In this document: positions 12,601 to 27,600 of the stretch, one piece after another | How positions within the stretch are numbered: the first letter of the stretch is position 1 | Layout: every line of letters starts with the position of its first letter | Assembly (NCBI GenBank): GCA_030141605.1 | Contig: JAQGDQ010002370.1 | Coordinates: 461,167 to 525,166 of the forward strand | Reading direction: 5' to 3' | Source: Tubiluchus corallicola | Taxonomy: Eukaryota > Animalia > Priapulida | Length of the DNA stretch: 64,000 bases | Position numbers and translations under genes: made by a program | The notes under the pieces: generated by a model | What the model saw: only the letters and a program-made list of their open reading frames with translations | Database searches by the model: none | Told to the model about the DNA's origin: nothing

Positions 12601-15600
12601 AATGGTTTATTAGCATAACCTGAACTCTACAGGTTGTCTTAGCACATCAAAATGCATGTAACAGACAGTAAACAAGACTGGAAACAAACATAGCAGTGTC
12701 ACAACCACGCCGCAAAAGAAAAACGTTTGTTAAATTAAGCATGCCTTTGAAGTTATTTCCTATGTATGGCGCAAAATCAGATAAGCAAATAAATACTTGA
12801 AAAATCTTTTAAAACTTTTTTATCTTTGGAATTTAAGAAATCGATCATTTTACCAGGGGGGTACAATTGTAAAAAATACAATACAGAAAAAGTGAGTAAT
12901 GAAGAATTATATAGCAACGGGAACAGCTGACTGTTAGCTGTGCGACCTTCGCTGTAAAAGTAAAGCACAAGAGAACCCTTTACATACATAAAGCAAAAAA
13001 TCGTGTTGCGCTTTTGTATCACCTTACTCCTTAACTGCGCACAGCACTTGTATTATCAGCAACGCAGTATAAAACTTGAAAACTTAAACTCCCTCTGTGA
13101 CCGTTAGGCACAGCCATTTGACCGGTAGATTGTTTGAAACAAATTTAGGTAACATTGCGTAAATTTGAAAAAATCATCACAGTATTCCTAGGTACACTTC
13201 ACTAGCTAAGCAAAAATATAAATTACTTACTTCATCTTGTCATTTGTCAATAAAATTAAAAATATTTTTGGCGAATCAGCTTGAACACTAGGAAGGTGAG
13301 TGAGTGACATTTTATCAGTAGACGCGAACATTTTAAATTAGTAAGCCTCTTCTCTTCTAGTTATATAAGTATTTCAAACAGGTATTTGGAACATACTTTA
13401 AAACTGCCTAAAGTTTCTTCCTCTTTAAGTAACGCCGGAACTGGTTAGCAAATGGACAAGTGACTATCGAATAAACTGTCTCTGGACGGCTTCAAGTTCA
13501 TGTGTAATGTTTGTATTCCAATATTCCCTTTATTCACAACCGTTATATGCAATACGTGAATGTGAATGAGGCAGCAATTCGGCTCAGTGTCTCATTTGAG
13601 GGGTCTATACATGATAATTACTCAGATTCTGGTACTGCCACACCACCTAGGTTAAAGGAAGACAGGATGATTTTTCATATACTACCTCATTTTCAAGTCA
13701 AATAAAAACACATTTTAACACAATTAATACTGCAAAAGCGTTTCTGATAATTAATTAATGGTGGGCGAGACCAACTATTGATGACATCTTTAACTAACAA
13801 TTTTCAACAGCAAAAATATTCCATTAGCGTGTTGCACGTGTTTGCAAAAGCGAAAATTGAAGTACAGTGCTACTGTAAGTTGTTCAGTGTGTTGTACTAA
13901 AATCAGACAAGTTTTAATATAAAAAATTAAAATTTCAGATTTACCGCTGTGCTCACGCATGAGCTGTCGAACGTGTGTAGTTCGTCACAAACTAATACAT
14001 CTGAATTGAGAAGTACAGCATCTGTTTTTTGTGCAATGCGCTTCCGAGATGCAGGCACTGGTGCCTGTCTAACTAGCGAATGGCGAAATGCATGCAACGA
14101 TGAGGAACTAGTGGCGCGAACGCGAACGCGAAATTGTGTTTGTGTGGTAATAATTCTTTCACGTAAGTCATTTTTGAAAAAATAGTATGTTTACTTCAAT
14201 ATTTTAAAGATTAGATTGTTTTGATCTACAGTTTAAGATTGTTTTGTTTTAAGTAAGTCCGCTACTGAGCACTGGATCAGGCCGAACTGCACAAAAAAGC
14301 CGTACGGACTTCCCGAACTTGACATGCACACAGAAAAAGCACAGGCAAAAAGGATATTTTAGTCAATCATGGGTAAACAATTCTCACAGAGTTTGCTGTA
14401 TACGGAAAACATATTTTGTCTGATAAGCTGACATGTGACGAATTCACCGATTACGAATACGCTTCTATCGGTAGCTTCATCGGTATTATAATGAGATGCA
14501 AATTATATCGTTACTACCAGGTCAGTGTCAGAATTAATTATTCCTAATTACAAGGGTTGGTACTGGTACCGCAGGTAGTGAATACGTGGTATTAAGAACA
14601 ACACCTAGAAGGATTAGGAAATAGTGACACACACAAAACACAAAATAGGACAATTTTTACATAAACTACGTGGTTAAAACGACATGTATGCAGTATTTAC
14701 AAACGTGCGTAGAACGACCCTAACCTATCCAACACCGATATTGTGCTTTCTGGCAGACATAAATATCAAACAAGCAAGCAAGCAGACAAACAAACAAAAA
14801 ACGTTTAGGGGAATTTCTAGTCTACAAATTTTGAGAATTCAATTTCAATTTGAGACATTCGCTTGCAATGTGACATTAAAAATTAGTTCAATTTACAGCT
14901 AAAGAGAAGATAGTCTTCAGGATTGATATAGGCTTCAACTAGAAGCACAGAACGCATAACGGCATGAACTATCGGACACATATTTGTTACCATGTGCATA
15001 AAAAATACAATTTTGATACAAATATAAATCACACAACACATGTGATTCATAATGTTGCACTTATCTGATATCTGTTACATGTCGTGGCCCAATGCCGTTG
15101 TGTGTTAACTCACTCTTCTGTTTAAACTTTGTAGTGTGAAACAGTAGTGAAATTATTTGATCTGAAATTCGGTAGTTTCTCCAAGCCACCTGGTGCAATT
15201 CTGTAATATATAACGCAGTTGTTCTATGTCTGCATTAATACTTTAATAAGGAAGTTTAGTAACTGTTCTGCTAATGTTAAATCCCTTCTTTTCAAAATTT
15301 ACTGTTGTACCTTCTATTGTTGTTCACTCTGAGTTAATTTAGACAAATACACCCTTGTGTAAATTAAGTGAACCAATGCATAAAAATGAATGAAAATGCG
15401 TTGTTTTCTTATAATTCAAAACACTCATTTTAATCACTCTGATAATTTTCGGAATATAATTTCGTTTCGGCATGGAATTCACAAAAAAATCTGAGCGACA
15501 TGGTACCACAGCTGGATGATGACATCTATCAGCTTCTGCCTGGCGATACACTCTGTTCTCGCAGGCGCAGCTTGACAATCAACCACAAGTTTTCAACTGG

Positions 15601-18600
15601 GCTTAAATCCGAAGAGGTGCCGTGTCAGTAAACTTTAGCGGTCTCATTTTTCAAGAAATTTCTGGCGACGTTCCCCATGGAACATAGGGAACGACTTTCG
15701 CATAACAATAGGCAAAATTAGGCCAATTCATGTCAGAAATGCTGTTAAGGGGATTTCATAATCTGCAAGTCGCAGTTCATGGCTGGAAAATACCATGAGA
15801 GGTGGGAAAAATGCCGTAAAATCTGTCAGTCGTTCAATTAATTTGCACAAGCGTGTATATTCTAGAGAAACTTAGGGTGTCGTATATGGTATAAGGAAAT
15901 TTTTTAAATTTAAACACATATGATTGCAATGCATCTCAGGAGTGTGTAAATTTATTTCTTCTACACTTTATTCATATACGACGCAAGTGTTAGTGTGATC
16001 TGCTTACCAGAGTTGTGCAATCTGGCAGTGCTCTGGCGGCAAATATTGCAAATGACTCTGATGTACGGTATATTTCGACTCTTTTTTTGTTTGTGGACGT
16101 CCTTCTAATATTTTTTGTTGTTGTTTATTTTATCCTTCACTGGGTCTTCATACCGGTAAATAGTTGAATGCTAAATGAACAACTGTTTCCCTTTCTTAAG
16201 CATATCTCGAAATTCTTTAATAATTATAGTAGAAAACGTAAATAACATACCCCAGTATGTGATTAACTGGTAACTCTTTACCTTCTGAAGGACGCAAAAT
16301 GAGAACTTTGAATTATTACTGCAATTTAATTTTAGATGTGCGTGCAAGATAAAGATAGTTAAAGTGATCATATTAGCAGCATAATGATCTTCTGTCTAAA
16401 GACGAAATATGCGGTCCACATGAATATTTTTGAAATTAAGTAATTATGCATCATTACAAAGATAAAATACGCGCATTACTGAAAATTACACAAATATGAA
16501 ACATCGTAATTTCGCAGGAAGCAAGGGAAAAAATAACAGGCGGTGTAGTTGGCATGCGTGACAGAACTGGAAATAAACGTTTGAGTATGGATAATTTTTT
16601 CTGATTTTTCTGCTCAATTACACAAAATGCATTCCTGTACTGAAATAATATTTGGAAGTTTGCAACTCCCCTGTTCAGGTTTTATCATTTGAAACTCAAA
16701 CCTGCGGGCAATACAGTTTTATCCTACAGGTATGTGTTTTCAAACACAAACCTCAGGCAGAAGTTGTTGTCGACGCTGGTTTCCTATCTACTAAAAAAAC
16801 AACAATATGAAAGCGACGACAACAATAACAATGACGAGAAATTCGACCAAATAATGGCGATGACGATGGCAATGAGTGATGGATGGCGATGGTGAAAACA
16901 ACAACCACAACACGGATACCACCATCACCAGCTTACCATCATCAGCGGCAACATTAGTCATCCTCAACGAATAGTAGGTTTCAATTGTGAATGTGATTGT
17001 GAATAAGGCTCGTCATTATAAAGCTAATAGTGCAGCATCAGAAAAAATTCAAATCCTGAAGTAATGTAGTACAGGTAAAAACTGCTAATTTTAATATCTG
17101 CTGAACAATTTAGCGAAAATACCAGTCAACGCCACAAACACAATACAAATACGGACAAACAAGTCGAAACCACAAACTTGCAAGCTGTTTTAATTGCTTT
17201 TCACTTAATCAGTTTCATTTTTCTCACGTCTGATTCTCTTGCACAGATAATCGAAAAAAGTCAGTGTAAGCCTGGAACAACGGTTTGCCTGCCCATTTAA
17301 CTACAACAAACATATGCCTATACAGTTCTTCAAAAAAAATTAGAAAAAGGACCAAAAGAAGACTCATTATGCTACAATTGCTAGTTCACTCCACCGACAA
17401 TTTCTAGACAAAAATGGGAAAAGCTATAAATCATCACGTACTTTAAAAAGAGCAACAAAAGACTAGCAACATAGAAACAAAATTCTACGTACCTTTAAAA
17501 ACCAAATGAAGAAAACTATCTATACAGGGATAGGTGTGCCTGCTGATGTGACATCGCCAATGAAAAGCCCATTTAAACAAACAATACAAACAACGTGAAA
17601 ACCTTGTTCCATTTTCAAAATTATTTAACAGTACATTCAAAACTTGTGACTCTTGAGTATCGCCCTAAAAATCAACCAGAATGAAATGTGACAATGCCAT
17701 CACTTGAGGTTGTTTCTGTTTGTTGTTTACAAGTCTTTTTTACAACAACATTTCTTAACAACAAGTTCATTACTGTACACCATTTACAACTACTCGTGCC
17801 TCAAAGCTTTCAAAATATTACAAAGAACTTATAAAAGAATATTATAAAATTTTGTAGTACAACAAATTATGCATAATTTTAATTGCAAGATTACGAATTA
17901 TTGGTTCATTTACTAAATTTTGAATATAGCCATTTTCGTTATGGCAAAACTAAATAAATAAAGTTGGTGTCTAAATCGGACGACAATGTGTGTGCAAATA
18001 TGCGCATAAATTATCATCACGGTTATTGGCCCTGTATTCTTACGGGCGGGCAGGTATTCATTAGCCAATGTACACATAATGTAGTCAGTGACACAGTGCG
18101 AATAGCACGTGTAAGATGCTGTCACCTAGAAGTTTTTGAAATTATCAACATGAGTTTTGGTAACCGGTTTAAATGTAACCCACTACTTAATGGTTTGTTC
18201 GGTTGACATAGAAAGTTCTGGTCACGCTCTTCGCGAGTTTCTTCGTTCTCTTATAAGTCTATCTAAATATCAACCCGTCCATTCATTTTTCTTTCATACA
18301 TTTATTTATTTATTCTTTCTTTCATTTGTATATTTGGTCACTCTTTATTTGCTCGCTTTTTCATTCATGTAACATTCCCTTTTCCCTCTTTCTTTGTCTA
18401 CTTTTCGTCTTTCACCCCCCCCCCCCCCCCACCCCGGGAATCTAGACGCCCGGTGTACAAAATAATGTTTTCAAATTATGCGTGTAAACTTTCATATTTT
18501 CGTAGATAATCACGCAAAATTGACTCTTAAATGTTGATTTTATTTCTTTTAACCGCGTTTAAACTAGGTTACACGTGTGTTGTAATTTCACTCACATTTT

Positions 18601-21600
18601 TAACAAATAGACTCAGTGAATGTGCATCACTATCGCAATAGGTGCCATCTAGAAGTCAAAATGACTTTTCCATGTCACAAAATGGGACAGTAACAGCTTT
18701 GCCCTCAGGACTGCAACTGTCTAACCGACAATATAGGAAACCGTCAAAAAGCAAAAGACACACTGCAATTAGTTTAACGTTCTTCAAAAGTAGTCATTCG
18801 AAAAAACATTTTAACCAGTGAATCTTTACCGCCTTTCACTACATAGTACGAAAGCGGTGGCAAAAAACAGTAGAACCACAATTAGGTCAGGAATTGTGTC
18901 TTGTAAGGCTTGAACAAAAAACTGTTGCAAAGCTAAAGAATTAATGAAACAAATGCTTGGCGTATTTTTTGTTTAATTAATCACCAGTCTAACCCAAGCA
19001 ATGATTATTAAGTGATAAGCCCTTTCACAAAAATCCAACACAGACGACTGACTAATTTGTAGTACTCTTTCAAAGTTCTGGCAGCAGAGAGTGAAACTAA
19101 TGGAATATGTAACTGCATTAATTTTAAGCGATGCTCTATTGCAGCTAAGATAATTAACTATCAACTTTAATGAAAACTGAAATAAGGATAAATGAAGACC
19201 AAAACCTGTATTTTTCTAAATTCTATGATAATAAATAAGAGCTTTGGTTTTATGTCAAGTTATATATTTCTTGAGATTAGATTGATTTGTTTCTTAAGAA
19301 TCATGTCCACATATGGAGGTAACATTACTACAAATTGTTTACGATTATACAACCAGATGCTATAACAGGCCATAGATGAAAAGTGCAAGCATAAATATAG
19401 GTCCAGAAAAATTTAATTATCATTGCCCATCGACATACATTTTTTATTTTTTCTGTAATACGGTGTACAGGACCTATGCGCAAACGCTGCTGTTGTCACA
19501 GGATTTCTACCACTGCTTCTGATACTAACGTGGCACTTGAAATTCTGTAGTAGTGGTGCTAAAAGTAATAGTAGGAGTAGGTTTCGTGATATAAATAAGA
19601 GTAATCGGAAAGTGGTCGAATGCACGAATATAGATAACGCATGATTGTTAATACGAGATAACGACGAAATGGGTAAATTTGATATTTTTCTATATGTGAC
19701 ACGTTTACATGACTCTGCTGTTGCCTTTCGTTGTCGTTTTTGTTGCTTTTGCTGCTATGATGATTTGTTCTAATTATCGTTCTTGCTGCCTCTGGTAATT
19801 ACTGTTGTAGTCAGTGTAGTTGCCAACGTTTTCAAAAGCAGCAAGCGAGAGACGTCTTGCAATATCTTCAATAAGCCGTTCAAAACAGTAACATACACAA
19901 CATTTTTCTAAATCAAAATATTTTACTACCCGCGGAGGTGACAGTAAGAATGGGAATTTCTACATCTCCACGTCTGCCCTTGGACATAGCTAGCGAGCAA
20001 ACAGCAAACGAGCACAAATTTACCCCCACGAGCGTGCACAAGTGAATTGCTTAGCAGGACAGATCGAGAAACGGACATTTAACATAGGTAAAACCACCTT
20101 CCTGCATCATTGCACATGGAGAAGAAAATTACATTTAATTTGAGTGGTCTAATTTCTTTTCAAGGAATATGGGCACTTGAGATGCCTGCTCAACTGAAGT
20201 ATGTACATGTACAGGAATGAAAGTTTATTTGCACCAACGATCAGAGCTGCAGGCTTTATAATAAGAATCCGAGAAGTGGCCTGAGCACTATTCCCTTTCA
20301 CATCACTGACTGTGATCTTTTCTTTTTACAAATGTGAAGGCTGTGTTACAGTCACAAATGGAAAAAACAGGGGCCTCACTAGTCACCAACATTCAGTTTT
20401 ACTGAATCTTCTTTAGTATACTTGTCCCAACTAAAAAAAACTAAAAAGCATCAAATATTGGTATTTTTCTCAAGTGGATAAACTCCACGCAGCTTTGTAG
20501 CAGCTACGCCAAAATATGCCATTCTTGGCCTTTTGAGTTCTGACTCTTGAGATAACTGCGGACATCCGTATGTAAATTATACATTAATGTAAATGGCCTT
20601 TAAATAAATATTAAAACGAATGCCCTAATAAAGCCGTCTACTGCACCTAAAATAAATAGCTATAGTGACGCCATGGAAGCTAACTAGTAATTTACTAGGT
20701 GTGACATTTGTGTCTTTAATCTGAGTTTTAATCTTGTACTTCAGGCCATTTACCTTGTTTACACCATGCAGAAAGCAATTATTGCTAAAAATTTATATAA
20801 AAACACAGTCTGAAATTGTAACTTTATGCTGCTCTCAAAATCTAATGTGAAATATTGTCAATGATTTCATCGAAACGTTTCTCTTATTTTTGCGACTTTT
20901 CTATAATTATAAACTTACTGATTGGTTGAAATTGGACAAAGCAATTGCGAAAACGGTGAAAGTACTTATAACAATGAGAACACATGATGAAAAATATTCA
21001 GCTAAGAAGCACAAAGTAAAGCGCTGATGATAACACAACGCAGACATGGTAAAGAAAGTACTGTAGACACGGCAGTGTTTTGTTAAAGAAGTCGGGCATT
21101 AAACTGTAAATTTGCATACATAACAAGCTTTTTGTCGCACGACAAAACTGTACAGGGAAGTGAAAGAATACGGAGAGAATGATGAGAGCTTCACTCTGCA
21201 TGAATTTTACAGCGTCGCTACAGGTAATGTGGGAGTGCAATAATAGTTACTGTTGTCTGATATCAACAAAAATGTTTTGTACGTGCTTTGAAGAAAAAAC
21301 TGGTGAACACTTCATTCAATATTTTCAAAAGCATATTTACACGTATCGAACTGGATCGTATTCGTATAATACCCAAAGTATTCCAATAAAATAGGTTGTA
21401 GTAAGTACGATAGATAAGTAGATAAGTGGCAGCGGCAGCAATAGTCGTCGCCGTCATCGTAGTACAGTATTAGTGGTATAGTAGAATTTTTAATTTGTCT
21501 CACATAATATCATTGCTAATACCATAAATTATTCTAGCTTGAATAGCTTCTAAATTGTTGTCTTAAACTGAATACTTTTTTACTTTGTGATTTGTATGAA

Positions 21601-24600
21601 TATCCTGATATCATACTATCTATGCAGCCTTATATATAGTATGATAAGTTTATTACCTTACCTTAGTATTGTAGTGACATTCAACGAAAGTGAAGCATCT
21701 TGAAATCAAATAAACTAGCAACTACAGCGAGGCTAAAGATGGTCCAATTACTGTTACGTTGATTAGAAGCAGCCTACATTTACCAGACAGTTTAACGGCC
21801 GAAGATTTCTATCAGTAACACGCAGAGAGGACACAATAACCGTACCTTGATAAATTCTTAAACTTTTCAAAATCTATTATGTTGTTGTTATTCAAGATAA
21901 CCATGGGATTAACCAAGATATCAGGGTATCCTCGTACCGGAGATAGCAAATCTTGATATACTATTTTCTCGTGTATCGAACAAAGCATTTAATCCGGGAC
22001 TTTCTACCTCTAATATTTGCGTTCATGTAATTCCGGCTGCCCAATAACCGCGGGAAGCTGTCTTAACGTACTTTCGCTCAAACATTTTCGAGAAAAAACG
22101 TGTCCATTTGCCCCCACGATATAGTATGCGTAGTCTACTTCCGCAAATACAGTACGAAGACATGTTTATTACAGTTTATGGCGCAGGCACAGAGTTTCAG
22201 AACACTTTTCCAATGTTCTTGAGTGTCTACAGCAACAATAGTAATTGCACTTTCATTAAAGAGAAAAAATTTAATTTATGATTCCAGCACGCAAGAGACT
22301 TTTAAAATACATAATCACCAGCGGTTGAACTTCTGTCCTATATAATACTCAGGATTATTCCAAATAACACATCATATTACTCTATATAAGAATATATTTA
22401 TCCCTAGGCTTTAGACTATTCTCTAGAAATTAGTGAGTTAGTGAACACCAAATAGCAAGAAGATTATAATTGTAATCTAATTTATGGCAAATAAAGACAT
22501 ATATGTATATATTATATAGCTGCAAATTTTAAGTAGTATGGTAACTGAAACTGACTATAACTTACACTCATCAGTGTCATGTATTAAATGAGGAAAAATT
22601 GGTTTTGCGGAATAGTCGACGGCTATGAATAAAGGCTGAATAAAAGCCCTGGTCCATCTTGCTTATGATCACAATTTACGATAGCAACATCTCAGAAGTA
22701 TAATACTTTCAATATAAATGTTGATACCTCACCAATTTCAATGCAATTTACAAAGAGACTTTTGCGATTTTCAGTGTATAAGTGCCCTCATATCACACTA
22801 GACCTACCCTTTAATAACACTATTACAACAGTAATTATTTTTACAGCTATACATGTTCTAAATCTTATTATTCAGTACTCATCATTCCTTTCTTTACTGA
22901 CAATGTCATGGCCGCCAACACCAATAGATACAGAACACAAGATATAGATATTCTGAACCAATCCTTGCAATTACAATGCGTAATTATGTTATAGATTGGT
23001 TAAGTTGTTGAATGCCATAACTTCAGAGTATTCATTGATCGTGATACTAAAAACAATAATATGCTTATATATGGAATCACGTGCGAGTGTAGTAATATTG
23101 TAACTTAGCAATATTTATCATGTCCTAGGTATCTGAATTTGAGGAATATAGAACGACATAAACACACACAACGTATCGAAATGAAAAATGAATTACTTAG
23201 TGAAGGGCATAGAATTGTGAATGGGCATTTACTTTTCTAGTGAGGGTACGCTATACTGCCCCTTATATGCACAAGAAATGCCAGGCAGCTGCATTGAGTG
23301 CCATTTCCTATGCAGAAACAATCAGTACTTTCCATCTTAAGAGCTGTTTCTACAGGTGACGGTAATTGTACTTATCGGATTTTGCCGGTGTATATGCACC
23401 GTCCATCAACCGGATATGCTAGAATCGGGTCACCTTTTAGACCGGAAATAGCGTCGCTTGAGTAAAAACACACAATATAACGTGTGTAATTAATGAACCG
23501 CTAATTATAAATGAGACTGTGGAAGGTACAAAAACAGACCCAATTCCGCCATTGCTGTGCGTTGAATTTTAAACCATCGATGCGTCCTAGTTATACAATG
23601 CATTGACAAATCAACTAAGCAACAAAATTGATTTACAAATGAGATTTGTATAACAAACTGATTCACCTAGAGACGATGATACAAGATGGCGGTTCTACAT
23701 GACAATTAAGTTGTCAAAGACAATACTACAGAGGGTAATCACCTTACAGTATGACCATATACACATGGTCACGACCTGTACCATCTAACTCTTAAGACAG
23801 CAATTACTAATTACTAAACCTGCACTATGCTGCTTTTTCAGAGGTCGTCCATGACAAGAAAAGCATAGTGTTTTGGCATTTAAACAAATGGATAGAGAAG
23901 TCTTAACACGATTTCCATAATGAATTTTAATCCACGACACTGAAAATCACAATGACGCCCCTCCACACAAAATCCGATTTTGAAAAAGAATGCGTGACTG
24001 CCAAAACCGAAATTTACTTATCGGCAAGCGAAGCAAAACAAGAGCATGTATTCTGGGTCAAGTTTACTAGCGTAAATGGATAAGAATTAAAATATTGAAT
24101 ATCCAGGTGAATAAAAAATCAAAGAATATTAGAAACTTACAGTTAAGTTTCAAAGCTTTAGTGTCTAACTTCTTAACCGAAATTCTACGAAAATAAATAA
24201 GTAAGCAATTTTTACTTCAATTTAATAAGTAACAAGATGGAGCAAATTATGTGCAAAAAGCTCGTGGCTTTGCACGATATCACATGTATTTACAGGTCGG
24301 TAATATGTAACACGAACATCTTGTTCCTCTAGTTAAGTATACAAGTAGATATTTGCGAAGTTCACCTTCACCTGATTGTACTATTAATATAATATACAGA
24401 GTCTGTTTTTAATTACATGTTGTAGAATATTTTGAATACGTGCCACATTAGTGATGAATTTTATTAGTGTTACCATGCAGATATTAAAGTGCCATGTTAA
24501 GCTAACAAAATTACAGTACTTAATACAACTTACTGAAGTAAAAATCTGTTGGTCATTGAATAAAAGAAAGACCAGCAAGTTACTGTAATAAGGACTGAAG

Positions 24601-27600
24601 GAAGTGAAACGTAAAATACAGATTACCCAGATTAGAGGTGGACCAAATTGCTTTTCAGAAAAAGAGAACAATCACCCGTGAAAGCATAATGATGATCCAA
24701 CGTGACATCATCAACATGAACATCTTAAGGGACCAGCTCTGCATGATTCCTAACTTCTAGTCACTTTCGTGTTCTTTAGAAATTACAAGATTCACAACTA
24801 GATAACATTTTCGTGTGTCTATAGAGTTTTCTGTGCAGATGCAGAAATGAATTTTTTGTACCAGCAAAGTGGTCTTTACTTTTTACAGCCTTGAACTGTG
24901 TTTTAGCTCTTTTTTTAAATTTAAAAGCATTTTTTGGTAATTTCCTACATCAGACTCAGCTACAGGTAGTTGAGACCACGTTGAAAGAATATGAGAATTT
25001 TTTTGTAAACATGTATTTCACAGAAACTTAATAGAACAAACAAAACAACTGGAGTCTAAGCCAGTGAAAGAATTTAATAAGTGAAAGAAAAGAAAATTAA
25101 GACACTTTCAGCTAAACAATAACATACCTTTCGTTTTTTGCAAATTTAGATTTTAAATATTTTGGTATGCTCTACGGTACATTATGATTATGCAGTTTAC
25201 TAGACACAGAAGTATTCAAGGTTGTGTCTCAAAAAATAGTACTGAAGTAAGTTTACTTTAGTGCCAAAACTTCATTATGTATGCAGTACCCAACTACAGG
25301 TGTGTCAGTTGTACTTAGAAATTTACTTATATCTTGAAAGAAAAAGTATTTGTTTGAGTACCTCGTCGTTGTGCTTTATTGTTTAGCTGTTTTATGAGAA
25401 CGTGAAGCGTCTGTTTAGAAATGTACTATTATTTCAACATCTTATGTTCCACGAGTAAAATACTATGAATACATCGGTAGTACCAAGCATGGTGAACTAA
25501 CTAATTAAGAGATTATCAAATTTACCAAATAGCAAAAGCCTGCTGATGGGTTACGATTAATAAAACCTTCTAAACCACTTCTAAACAGGTTTCTCTCCTA
25601 CACGATATGAGTTTTTTACTACCTGTTAATCGCGTTTACACCTTCTCTTTGACAAGAAATGTTCAAGGATGCCATAAAATGATATAAATGTAACAATAAA
25701 GCGCTTGTGCTGTTTAAAATACAAGTTCTCGCCAAACTAACTAGTCTCACGCTGCCACTAGAGAGCCTCAGGTTCACTCTAATAAGCTTCAATAGGATGA
25801 TTACGTCCCAGTTAGCGACCAATAGGTCAAGTTCTCACACAATTTACTGTCAATTTTCCAGAAAATATATAGATTCCTGTCAGCCTTCAGGTTACACGAC
25901 ATTCAGCGACACGACTGTGAACAATTTGCAACTGAGAATTACATGTTCAGATCAAAGAAATACCAGGTAAGAAAACAAACGTGTCATGTAAAAGCAAAAA
26001 ATGTCCTAACTGACATAAATAGTTCTTATTATACCATTCTTACACTTTTTACACTTTTGCAGATCAAATTAGATAGCATATAGTTCCTCTAGAAAGACAG
26101 CATCTAAAGGTGATTTGTAATTGGGAAAAGCTTGTATGCGAAGCTTTGGACGGATGTATCGAGGCACAATAGAACAACTAAACGGCGCTTAAAAATTACA
26201 ACGAAAGTCAACCTGTAATCAATGTTAAGTAAAAAGAATAATTACATTGACCACCTCAGGTCACATGCTTGGAAAAACGTTCACTATAATTTACAAAAGG
26301 TGTAATTTAGCTAGAAGGAGATCAGCCAACATTTATTTCCCCTTAAACGTAACAACATGCTTCCTTTGCAAAAAAATTCGTAAATGCTATTTGAAGTGCT
26401 TATTGTACATGTACTGGGGTTTATGCTTTGCTCAATAGTCAATTGTAGCCCCCTAATCAATCATATCTTTATGCTTTAACAATTTCAATAAATAGGTTTT
26501 CTGATATCACACTCAAGTGCTTACATTCTATCTGTCTAAGAAGAAGTTCCCAGAGAACTAAAAATTACAAGTCAGATTTAATAAAGCTAAGCATTATTTT
26601 GATTAAAAGAATATCATAAAGTTATACCACAGTTTATTCTTACGGTGTGCTAATATTAATGACAAACTGACAGATAACAGTAATTATATAAATATAATTT
26701 ATCATTCTGATGCTATCCATTTGGGCTAACAACTGCCAAATCCGACACATACAGCAAATTCTCTATACTTTCTGTAAAATATGGTGATTGCACACGAAAA
26801 TTGGTAGTTCTCCCATCCTTGACACAAGTTGTTTTGTCGCAGTGCGTGCAGGAATTAGACTCCGGTAATTGTGGGTTTTAGCACCAGTTCTGCTAGATTT
26901 TTCATGTTTTAACATGCTAAGTACTATACAGTTATATATGTATGTACACTAAACACAAGTACAACAAGGAATAAATAAAAGGTGTCCTAAGCAAAAACAA
27001 CAGAATACATCACTGCTTTTAATAAGCAAACCCAGACTTAATTTGCAAAATGACCTTTTTCCCAGAAATGATACGAGTTTGTTGGAAGGGAATTACATAT
27101 TAAATGAAATAGCAAACATACTTACTTTGTAAGCTCGGCTATTATTGGTGGAAGTTCTTCAATTTTATTACTGGATACATTCAGCTCTTGCAGTGTAGTT
27201 ATGTGGCATATGGCACTGGGGAATATGAAGATGTCGTTATCTGATAGATTCAGAGTATGGAGATTCTGAAAGCTGGGCAAATCATCCACCCATCCTGTAA
27301 TAGTCATAAACTGTTAAATGTTGAGGGAAAGGTCGGCTGACCTCTGTAGTATTCAAAAATCTTTATAGCATTTAACTTACGCCTGAAGTCAACACACATA
27401 TTCATTGCAGAACAAATTTAATCTTTTTGCATAGCAAGATGATACAAAGATGACATATAATTACTATAACCAATCTTAACCTTCATATGGTAACTAGAAA
27501 GATTACATACAATGAATTATATTTAAGTACAGGGTGTCTGGAAATGAAAGCTTTGGCTGTACTTAAAAGTAATCATTAGCAGATATGAACATACACATTT

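Noticed and set aside
16008-16130. Phase-2 donor preceded by a 40-codon frame with LRR-like LQYLPPEHCQIAQL
   Set aside because: No ATG and no convincing acceptor; the LRR register would not fit the next exon.
23748-26705. Further phase-2 mini-ORFs (23748-23758, 25623-25675, about 26644-26705)
   Set aside because: Poor donors or AT-rich low-complexity peptides; consistent with chance.
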